DNA of 51,687 nt from assembly GCA_963921275.4 (NCBI GenBank), contig CAWUFA030000004.1:1-51687 (forward strand). Direction: 5' to 3'. Numbering within the stretch: the stretch's first letter is position 1; every line of letters starts with the position of its first letter. This stretch comes from an uncultured Hormoscilla sp. (lineage in GTDB: Bacteria > Cyanobacteriota > Cyanobacteriia > Cyanobacteriales > Desertifilaceae). The notes below the pieces were generated by a model, which saw only the letters and a list, made by a program, of their open reading frames with translations, made no database searches and had not been told where the DNA came from. The translations under genes were made by a program, and so were the position numbers. Shown piece by piece: positions 1 to 10,300 of this stretch.

Positions 1-272
1 ACTGGCGGGTTTGCTTGTTGTTTCATTTCAATCTCGATTGATTCAATAGTGATTTTCTTGCATCTTTTCTTTTGCATTTCAAAACGACGACGATTGCTTG
101 CTGGTCGTCATTCTAGAGCCAGCCTTCAAATTTCAAAAGCGCTCGAGCGAGGGCCTTCAGGAAAATCATGCTCTCCCCTTACCAAGCGCTCGAGCAAGCC
201 AGCAAGCAAAAGTAACCACAGGTGTGCCACTGAAGCGCTTCAATCAGGCTCGTGGCAAGCGCGCAAAAACTC

Positions 273-436
273 ATACTTACCTGACGAGGGTCTTCACCGT
301 GATCACGTAGGCGGTGGGCCCAGGGCGAGGCCCGACCATTGCACTTCGGCCGGGTTGACCCCCGCGATTATCTCAAATGTGGATAACTCGGTCGTAGAAT
401 TTCTGTTGGTGGGGACTGCGTTCGCGCTATCCCTTA
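273..436 (+). ncRNA. U1: U1 spliceosomal snRNA (first copy; 25 intact copies plus 1 interrupted)
   Basis: 5' end ATACTTACCTG, loop I GATCACG (U1-70K site), loop II CATTGCAC (U1A site), Sm site AATTTCTG, terminal stem GGGGACTGCGTTCGCGCTATCCC. Copies start at 273, 1651, 3029, 4407, 5785, 7163, 8541, 9919, 11297, 12664, 14031, 15409, 16787, 18165, 19543, 20921, 22299, 23677, 25055 (split), 42344, 43711, 45089, 46467, 47843, 49226 and 50591. Confidence 0.97.
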
Positions 437-569
437 ATTGTCGTCGCTTTTAATCGCTGCCCACACTTTGCCAGCCAGCTTATCAGTTCGTTTCGAGTCG
501 ATTTTGCAAAAGAACTAGCTCATAGGCAAGCTGCTTCGCTTAAAAAGCTCGTTTTCGCAAAACGCTATC

Positions 570-688
570 GCCTACGACCATACCACGTTGAACGCACCCC
601 ATCTCGTCCGATCTGGGAAGTTAAGCAACGTCGGGCTCGGTTAGTACTTGGATGGGTGACCGCCTGGGAATACCGAGTGTTGTAGGCT
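570..688 (+). rRNA. 5S rRNA: 5S rRNA (first copy; 26 copies)
   Basis: GCCTACGACCATACC...AGTTAAGC (box A)...TGGATGGGTGACCGCCTGGGAATACC...GTTGTAGGC, followed by an oligo-T run. Copies start at 570, 1948, 3326, 4704, 6082, 7460, 8838, 10216, 11594, 12961, 14328, 15706, 17084, 18462, 19840, 21218, 22596, 23974, 41263, 42641, 44008, 45386, 46764, 48140, 49521 and 50888. Confidence 0.98.
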
Positions 689-710
689 TTTGCTTGAATG
701 TTTTTTTTTT
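688..710 (+). terminator. Pol III terminator of 5S (T4 plus backup T10); present in every unit
   Basis: TTTT at 688-691 directly after the 5S 3' end, and T10 at 701-710. Confidence 0.8.
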
Positions 711-821
711 CAAAACAAGCGCGCCAACTTGTGACGAAAGTTGCGTTTTGGCACTCGAAATCAAACCGCAAGCAGAAGAGCGTTCAAAGGCAATAAAGCG
801 GCTGCTCGACGATTGTTGGGC

Positions 822-869
822 ATTCTATTTGAATAAGGTAAGTTGAGCGCTATGAAGTGCTGTTTTTTT
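822..869 (+). ncRNA. SL RNA: Spliced-leader (SL) RNA gene with a Ciona-type 16-nt leader (first copy; 26 copies)
   Basis: ATTCTATTTGAATAAG (822-837) matches the 16-nt ascidian leader known from Ciona. It is followed directly by donor GTAAGT, a 6-bp hairpin (846-861) and T7. The 3' end is approximate. Copies start at 822, 2200, 3578, 4956, 6334, 7712, 9090, 10468, 11846, 13213, 14580, 15958, 17336, 18714, 20092, 21470, 22848, 24226, 41515, 42893, 44260, 45638, 47015, 48395, 49772 and 51140. Confidence 0.88.
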
Positions 870-975
870 CAAAAATAAAGGACGAGCTGCGAGAACCTAT
901 CTCAAAAGCTCCTTAAAGATATATATCTAGAATATCAACGTGTGGTGATGGTGCGTGCGTGCACGCATTGTTTAA

Positions 976-1138
976 CCCTTTGAGGATCATAATATTCTAA
1001 TTTATAAAATTTGAGACAATTCCTTTATTGTTTGGAAACAACAAAGTTACAATGAATTTCAGAAAAATGGTTATTACGTCATAATGATATAAGATGTAAC
1101 AATCATGTAACATATGTGTTACATTATCCCTCAAAGGG
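976..1138. mobile_element. piggyBac-like non-autonomous MITE (163 bp); present in every unit
   Basis: TTAA (972-975) + CCCTTTGAGG ... CCTCAAAGGG + TTAA (1139-1142). This gives a perfect 10-bp TIR starting with CCC, a TTAA TSD and an AT-rich interior unlike the rest of the unit. Confidence 0.72.
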
Positions 1139-1182
1139 TTAAGAAAGAGAGGGGGAACGGCGGTGTTGATTCGTACTTGGAA

Positions 1183-1373
1183 ATCGCTTCTCGGCTCTCA
1201 AGAGCTAAGATCAAGTGTAGTATCTGTTCTTCTCAGTTTAATACCTGGGACGGCCAGCATCGCTGGGCCCTTGTATTAATCGTATGTTTGAACAGAGGGT
1301 GACGATTGAAAGCTTGCTTTGTCGCACCCACGGGTTGTCCCGGTATTGCAGTACCTCCGGGCTCGGCCCACAC
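1183..1373 (+). ncRNA. U2: U2 spliceosomal snRNA (first full copy; 26 copies, last truncated by the window end)
   Basis: ATCGCTTCTCGGC...GCTAAGATCAAGTGTAGTATCTGTTCTT with branch-point recognition GTAGTA, and loop IV TATTGCAGTACC. Copies start at 1183, 2561, 3939, 5317, 6695, 8073, 9451, 10829, 12196, 13563, 14941, 16319, 17697, 19075, 20453, 21831, 23209, 24587, 41876, 43243, 44621, 45999, 47375, 48758, 50122 and 51501. Confidence 0.96.
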
Positions 1374-4300
1374 CCGCCACTGGCGGGTTTGCTTGTTGTT
1401 TCATTTCAATCTCGATTGATTCAATAGTGATTTTCTTGCATCTTTTCTTTTGCATTTCAAAACGACGACGATTGCTTGCTGGTCGTCATTCTAGAGCCAG
1501 CCTTCAAATTTCAAAAGCGCTCGAGCGAGGGCCTTCAGGAAAATCATGCTCTCCCCTTACCAAGCGCTCGAGCAAGCCAGCAAGCAAAAGTAACCACAGG
1601 TGTGCCACTGAAGCGCTTCAATCAGGCTCGTGGCAAGCGCGCAAAAACTCATACTTACCTGACGAGGGTCTTCACCGTGATCACGTAGGCGGTGGGCCCA
1701 GGGCGAGGCCCGACCATTGCACTTCGGCCGGGTTGACCCCCGCGATTATCTCAAATGTGGATAACTCGGTCGTAGAATTTCTGTTGGTGGGGACTGCGTT
1801 CGCGCTATCCCTTAATTGTCGTCGCTTTTAATCGCTGCCCACACTTTGCCAGCCAGCTTATCAGTTCGTTTCGAGTCGATTTTGCAAAAGAACTAGCTCA
1901 TAGGCAAGCTGCTTCGCTTAAAAAGCTCGTTTTCGCAAAACGCTATCGCCTACGACCATACCACGTTGAACGCACCCCATCTCGTCCGATCTGGGAAGTT
2001 AAGCAACGTCGGGCTCGGTTAGTACTTGGATGGGTGACCGCCTGGGAATACCGAGTGTTGTAGGCTTTTGCTTGAATGTTTTTTTTTTCAAAACAAGCGC
2101 GCCAACTTGTGACGAAAGTTGCGTTTTGGCACTCGAAATCAAACCGCAAGCAGAAGAGCGTTCAAAGGCAATAAAGCGGCTGCTCGACGATTGTTGGGCA
2201 TTCTATTTGAATAAGGTAAGTTGAGCGCTATGAAGTGCTGTTTTTTTCAAAAATAAAGGACGAGCTGCGAGAACCTATCTCAAAAGCTCCTTAAAGATAT
2301 ATATCTAGAATATCAACGTGTGGTGATGGTGCGTGCGTGCACGCATTGTTTAACCCTTTGAGGATCATAATATTCTAATTTATAAAATTTGAGACAATTC
2401 CTTTATTGTTTGGAAACAACAAAGTTACAATGAATTTCAGAAAAATGGTTATTACGTCATAATGATATAAGATGTAACAATCATGTAACATATGTGTTAC
2501 ATTATCCCTCAAAGGGTTAAGAAAGAGAGGGGGAACGGCGGTGTTGATTCGTACTTGGAAATCGCTTCTCGGCTCTCAAGAGCTAAGATCAAGTGTAGTA
2601 TCTGTTCTTCTCAGTTTAATACCTGGGACGGCCAGCATCGCTGGGCCCTTGTATTAATCGTATGTTTGAACAGAGGGTGACGATTGAAAGCTTGCTTTGT
2701 CGCACCCACGGGTTGTCCCGGTATTGCAGTACCTCCGGGCTCGGCCCACACCCGCCACTGGCGGGTTTGCTTGTTGTTTCATTTCAATCTCGATTGATTC
2801 AATAGTGATTTTCTTGCATCTTTTCTTTTGCATTTCAAAACGACGACGATTGCTTGCTGGTCGTCATTCTAGAGCCAGCCTTCAAATTTCAAAAGCGCTC
2901 GAGCGAGGGCCTTCAGGAAAATCATGCTCTCCCCTTACCAAGCGCTCGAGCAAGCCAGCAAGCAAAAGTAACCACAGGTGTGCCACTGAAGCGCTTCAAT
3001 CAGGCTCGTGGCAAGCGCGCAAAAACTCATACTTACCTGACGAGGGTCTTCACCGTGATCACGTAGGCGGTGGGCCCAGGGCGAGGCCCGACCATTGCAC
3101 TTCGGCCGGGTTGACCCCCGCGATTATCTCAAATGTGGATAACTCGGTCGTAGAATTTCTGTTGGTGGGGACTGCGTTCGCGCTATCCCTTAATTGTCGT
3201 CGCTTTTAATCGCTGCCCACACTTTGCCAGCCAGCTTATCAGTTCGTTTCGAGTCGATTTTGCAAAAGAACTAGCTCATAGGCAAGCTGCTTCGCTTAAA
3301 AAGCTCGTTTTCGCAAAACGCTATCGCCTACGACCATACCACGTTGAACGCACCCCATCTCGTCCGATCTGGGAAGTTAAGCAACGTCGGGCTCGGTTAG
3401 TACTTGGATGGGTGACCGCCTGGGAATACCGAGTGTTGTAGGCTTTTGCTTGAATGTTTTTTTTTTCAAAACAAGCGCGCCAACTTGTGACGAAAGTTGC
3501 GTTTTGGCACTCGAAATCAAACCGCAAGCAGAAGAGCGTTCAAAGGCAATAAAGCGGCTGCTCGACGATTGTTGGGCATTCTATTTGAATAAGGTAAGTT
3601 GAGCGCTATGAAGTGCTGTTTTTTTCAAAAATAAAGGACGAGCTGCGAGAACCTATCTCAAAAGCTCCTTAAAGATATATATCTAGAATATCAACGTGTG
3701 GTGATGGTGCGTGCGTGCACGCATTGTTTAACCCTTTGAGGATCATAATATTCTAATTTATAAAATTTGAGACAATTCCTTTATTGTTTGGAAACAACAA
3801 AGTTACAATGAATTTCAGAAAAATGGTTATTACGTCATAATGATATAAGATGTAACAATCATGTAACATATGTGTTACATTATCCCTCAAAGGGTTAAGA
3901 AAGAGAGGGGGAACGGCGGTGTTGATTCGTACTTGGAAATCGCTTCTCGGCTCTCAAGAGCTAAGATCAAGTGTAGTATCTGTTCTTCTCAGTTTAATAC
4001 CTGGGACGGCCAGCATCGCTGGGCCCTTGTATTAATCGTATGTTTGAACAGAGGGTGACGATTGAAAGCTTGCTTTGTCGCACCCACGGGTTGTCCCGGT
4101 ATTGCAGTACCTCCGGGCTCGGCCCACACCCGCCACTGGCGGGTTTGCTTGTTGTTTCATTTCAATCTCGATTGATTCAATAGTGATTTTCTTGCATCTT
4201 TTCTTTTGCATTTCAAAACGACGACGATTGCTTGCTGGTCGTCATTCTAGAGCCAGCCTTCAAATTTCAAAAGCGCTCGAGCGAGGGCCTTCAGGAAAAT

Positions 4301-7300
4301 CATGCTCTCCCCTTACCAAGCGCTCGAGCAAGCCAGCAAGCAAAAGTAACCACAGGTGTGCCACTGAAGCGCTTCAATCAGGCTCGTGGCAAGCGCGCAA
4401 AAACTCATACTTACCTGACGAGGGTCTTCACCGTGATCACGTAGGCGGTGGGCCCAGGGCGAGGCCCGACCATTGCACTTCGGCCGGGTTGACCCCCGCG
4501 ATTATCTCAAATGTGGATAACTCGGTCGTAGAATTTCTGTTGGTGGGGACTGCGTTCGCGCTATCCCTTAATTGTCGTCGCTTTTAATCGCTGCCCACAC
4601 TTTGCCAGCCAGCTTATCAGTTCGTTTTGAGTCGATTTTGCAAAAGAACTAGCTCATAGGCAAGCTGCTTCGCTTAAAAAGCTCGTTTTCGCAAAACGCT
4701 ATCGCCTACGACCATACCACGTTGAACGCACCCCATCTCGTCCGATCTGGGAAGTTAAGCAACGTCGGGCTCGGTTAGTACTTGGATGGGTGACCGCCTG
4801 GGAATACCGAGTGTTGTAGGCTTTTGCTTGAATGTTTTTTTTTTCAAAACAAGCGCGCCAACTTGTGACGAAAGTTGCGTTTTGGCACTCGAAATCAAAC
4901 CGCAAGCAGAAGAGCGTTCAAAGGCAATAAAGCGGCTGCTCGACGATTGTTGGGCATTCTATTTGAATAAGGTAAGTTGAGCGCTATGAAGTGCTGTTTT
5001 TTTCAAAAATAAAGGACGAGCTGCGAGAACCTATCTCAAAAGCTCCTTAAAGATATATATCTAGAATATCAACGTGTGGTGATGGTGCGTGCGTGCACGC
5101 ATTGTTTAACCCTTTGAGGATCATAATATTCTAATTTATAAAATTTGAGACAATTCCTTTATTGTTTGGAAACAACAAAGTTACAATGAATTTCAGAAAA
5201 ATGGTTATTACGTCATAATGATATAAGATGTAACAATCATGTAACATATGTGTTACATTATCCCTCAAAGGGTTAAGAAAGAGAGGGGGAACGGCGGTGT
5301 TGATTCGTACTTGGAAATCGCTTCTCGGCTCTCAAGAGCTAAGATCAAGTGTAGTATCTGTTCTTCTCAGTTTAATACCTGGGACGGCCAGCATCGCTGG
5401 GCCCTTGTATTAATCGTATGTTTGAACAGAGGGTGACGATTGAAAGCTTGCTTTGTCGCACCCACGGGTTGTCCCGGTATTGCAGTACCTCCGGGCTCGG
5501 CCCACACCCGCCACTGGCGGGTTTGCTTGTTGTTTCATTTCAATCTCGATTGATTCAATAGTGATTTTCTTGCATCTTTTCTTTTGCATTTCAAAACGAC
5601 GACGATTGCTTGCTGGTCGTCATTCTAGAGCCAGCCTTCAAATTTCAAAAGCGCTCGAGCGAGGGCCTTCAGGAAAATCATGCTCTCCCCTTACCAAGCG
5701 CTCGAGCAAGCCAGCAAGCAAAAGTAACCACAGGTGTGCCACTGAAGCGCTTCAATCAGGCTCGTGGCAAGCGCGCAAAAACTCATACTTACCTGACGAG
5801 GGTCTTCACCGTGATCACGTAGGCGGTGGGCCCAGGGCGAGGCCCGACCATTGCACTTCGGCCGGGTTGACCCCCGCGATTATCTCAAATGTGGATAACT
5901 CGGTCGTAGAATTTCTGTTGGTGGGGACTGCGTTCGCGCTATCCCTTAATTGTCGTCGCTTTTAATCGCTGCCCACACTTTGCCAGCCAGCTTATCAGTT
6001 CGTTTCGAGTCGATTTTGCAAAAGAACTAGCTCATAGGCAAGCTGCTTCGCTTAAAAAGCTCGTTTTCGCAAAACGCTATCGCCTACGACCATACCACGT
6101 TGAACGCACCCCATCTCGTCCGATCTGGGAAGTTAAGCAACGTCGGGCTCGGTTAGTACTTGGATGGGTGACCGCCTGGGAATACCGAGTGTTGTAGGCT
6201 TTTGCTTGAATGTTTTTTTTTTCAAAACAAGCGCGCCAACTTGTGACGAAAGTTGCGTTTTGGCACTCGAAATCAAACCGCAAGCAGAAGAGCGTTCAAA
6301 GGCAATAAAGCGGCTGCTCGACGATTGTTGGGCATTCTATTTGAATAAGGTAAGTTGAGCGCTATGAAGTGCTGTTTTTTTCAAAAATAAAGGACGAGCT
6401 GCGAGAACCTATCTCAAAAGCTCCTTAAAGATATATATCTAGAATATCAACGTGTGGTGATGGTGCGTGCGTGCACGCATTGTTTAACCCTTTGAGGATC
6501 ATAATATTCTAATTTATAAAATTTGAGACAATTCCTTTATTGTTTGGAAACAACAAAGTTACAATGAATTTCAGAAAAATGGTTATTACGTCATAATGAT
6601 ATAAGATGTAACAATCATGTAACATATGTGTTACATTATCCCTCAAAGGGTTAAGAAAGAGAGGGGGAACGGCGGTGTTGATTCGTACTTGGAAATCGCT
6701 TCTCGGCTCTCAAGAGCTAAGATCAAGTGTAGTATCTGTTCTTCTCAGTTTAATACCTGGGACGGCCAGCATCGCTGGGCCCTTGTATTAATCGTATGTT
6801 TGAACAGAGGGTGACGATTGAAAGCTTGCTTTGTCGCACCCACGGGTTGTCCCGGTATTGCAGTACCTCCGGGCTCGGCCCACACCCGCCACTGGCGGGT
6901 TTGCTTGTTGTTTCATTTCAATCTCGATTGATTCAATAGTGATTTTCTTGCATCTTTTCTTTTGCATTTCAAAACGACGACGATTGCTTGCTGGTCGTCA
7001 TTCTAGAGCCAGCCTTCAAATTTCAAAAGCGCTCGAGCGAGGGCCTTCAGGAAAATCATGCTCTCCCCTTACCAAGCGCTCGAGCAAGCCAGCAAGCAAA
7101 AGTAACCACAGGTGTGCCACTGAAGCGCTTCAATCAGGCTCGTGGCAAGCGCGCAAAAACTCATACTTACCTGACGAGGGTCTTCACCGTGATCACGTAG
7201 GCGGTGGGCCCAGGGCGAGGCCCGACCATTGCACTTCGGCCGGGTTGACCCCCGCGATTATCTCAAATGTGGATAACTCGGTCGTAGAATTTCTGTTGGT

Positions 7301-10300
7301 GGGGACTGCGTTCGCGCTATCCCTTAATTGTCGTCGCTTTTAATCGCTGCCCACACTTTGCCAGCCAGCTTATCAGTTCGTTTCGAGTCGATTTTGCAAA
7401 AGAACTAGCTCATAGGCAAGCTGCTTCGCTTAAAAAGCTCGTTTTCGCAAAACGCTATCGCCTACGACCATACCACGTTGAACGCACCCCATCTCGTCCG
7501 ATCTGGGAAGTTAAGCAACGTCGGGCTCGGTTAGTACTTGGATGGGTGACCGCCTGGGAATACCGAGTGTTGTAGGCTTTTGCTTGAATGTTTTTTTTTT
7601 CAAAACAAGCGCGCCAACTTGTGACGAAAGTTGCGTTTTGGCACTCGAAATCAAACCGCAAGCAGAAGAGCGTTCAAAGGCAATAAAGCGGCTGCTCGAC
7701 GATTGTTGGGCATTCTATTTGAATAAGGTAAGTTGAGCGCTATGAAGTGCTGTTTTTTTCAAAAATAAAGGACGAGCTGCGAGAACCTATCTCAAAAGCT
7801 CCTTAAAGATATATATCTAGAATATCAACGTGTGGTGATGGTGCGTGCGTGCACGCATTGTTTAACCCTTTGAGGATCATAATATTCTAATTTATAAAAT
7901 TTGAGACAATTCCTTTATTGTTTGGAAACAACAAAGTTACAATGAATTTCAGAAAAATGGTTATTACGTCATAATGATATAAGATGTAACAATCATGTAA
8001 CATATGTGTTACATTATCCCTCAAAGGGTTAAGAAAGAGAGGGGGAACGGCGGTGTTGATTCGTACTTGGAAATCGCTTCTCGGCTCTCAAGAGCTAAGA
8101 TCAAGTGTAGTATCTGTTCTTCTCAGTTTAATACCTGGGACGGCCAGCATCGCTGGGCCCTTGTATTAATCGTATGTTTGAACAGAGGGTGACGATTGAA
8201 AGCTTGCTTTGTCGCACCCACGGGTTGTCCCGGTATTGCAGTACCTCCGGGCTCGGCCCACACCCGCCACTGGCGGGTTTGCTTGTTGTTTCATTTCAAT
8301 CTCGATTGATTCAATAGTGATTTTCTTGCATCTTTTCTTTTGCATTTCAAAACGACGACGATTGCTTGCTGGTCGTCATTCTAGAGCCAGCCTTCAAATT
8401 TCAAAAGCGCTCGAGCGAGGGCCTTCAGGAAAATCATGCTCTCCCCTTACCAAGCGCTCGAGCAAGCCAGCAAGCAAAAGTAACCACAGGTGTGCCACTG
8501 AAGCGCTTCAATCAGGCTCGTGGCAAGCGCGCAAAAACTCATACTTACCTGACGAGGGTCTTCACCGTGATCACGTAGGCGGTGGGCCCAGGGCGAGGCC
8601 CGACCATTGCACTTCGGCCGGGTTGACCCCCGCGATTATCTCAAATGTGGATAACTCGGTCGTAGAATTTCTGTTGGTGGGGACTGCGTTCGCGCTATCC
8701 CTTAATTGTCGTCGCTTTTAATCGCTGCCCACACTTTGCCAGCCAGCTTATCAGTTCGTTTCGAGTCGATTTTGCAAAAGAACTAGCTCATAGGCAAGCT
8801 GCTTCGCTTAAAAAGCTCGTTTTCGCAAAACGCTATCGCCTACGACCATACCACGTTGAACGCACCCCATCTCGTCCGATCTGGGAAGTTAAGCAACGTC
8901 GGGCTCGGTTAGTACTTGGATGGGTGACCGCCTGGGAATACCGAGTGTTGTAGGCTTTTGCTTGAATGTTTTTTTTTTCAAAACAAGCGCGCCAACTTGT
9001 GACGAAAGTTGCGTTTTGGCACTCGAAATCAAACCGCAAGCAGAAGAGCGTTCAAAGGCAATAAAGCGGCTGCTCGACGATTGTTGGGCATTCTATTTGA
9101 ATAAGGTAAGTTGAGCGCTATGAAGTGCTGTTTTTTTCAAAAATAAAGGACGAGCTGCGAGAACCTATCTCAAAAGCTCCTTAAAGATATATATCTAGAA
9201 TATCAACGTGTGGTGATGGTGCGTGCGTGCACGCATTGTTTAACCCTTTGAGGATCATAATATTCTAATTTATAAAATTTGAGACAATTCCTTTATTGTT
9301 TGGAAACAACAAAGTTACAATGAATTTCAGAAAAATGGTTATTACGTCATAATGATATAAGATGTAACAATCATGTAACATATGTGTTACATTATCCCTC
9401 AAAGGGTTAAGAAAGAGAGGGGGAACGGCGGTGTTGATTCGTACTTGGAAATCGCTTCTCGGCTCTCAAGAGCTAAGATCAAGTGTAGTATCTGTTCTTC
9501 TCAGTTTAATACCTGGGACGGCCAGCATCGCTGGGCCCTTGTATTAATCGTATGTTTGAACAGAGGGTGACGATTGAAAGCTTGCTTTGTCGCACCCACG
9601 GGTTGTCCCGGTATTGCAGTACCTCCGGGCTCGGCCCACACCCGCCACTGGCGGGTTTGCTTGTTGTTTCATTTCAATCTCGATTGATTCAATAGTGATT
9701 TTCTTGCATCTTTTCTTTTGCATTTCAAAACGACGACGATTGCTTGCTGGTCGTCATTCTAGAGCCAGCCTTCAAATTTCAAAAGCGCTCGAGCGAGGGC
9801 CTTCAGGAAAATCATGCTCTCCCCTTACCAAGCGCTCGAGCAAGCCAGCAAGCAAAAGTAACCACAGGTGTGCCACTGAAGCGCTTCAATCAGGCTCGTG
9901 GCAAGCGCGCAAAAACTCATACTTACCTGACGAGGGTCTTCACCGTGATCACGTAGGCGGTGGGCCCAGGGCGAGGCCCGACCATTGCACTTCGGCCGGG
10001 TTGACCCCCGCGATTATCTCAAATGTGGATAACTCGGTCGTAGAATTTCTGTTGGTGGGGACTGCGTTCGCGCTATCCCTTAATTGTCGTCGCTTTTAAT
10101 CGCTGCCCACACTTTGCCAGCCAGCTTATCAGTTCGTTTCGAGTCGATTTTGCAAAAGAACTAGCTCATAGGCAAGCTGCTTCGCTTAAAAAGCTCGTTT
10201 TCGCAAAACGCTATCGCCTACGACCATACCACGTTGAACGCACCCCATCTCGTCCGATCTGGGAAGTTAAGCAACGTCGGGCTCGGTTAGTACTTGGATG

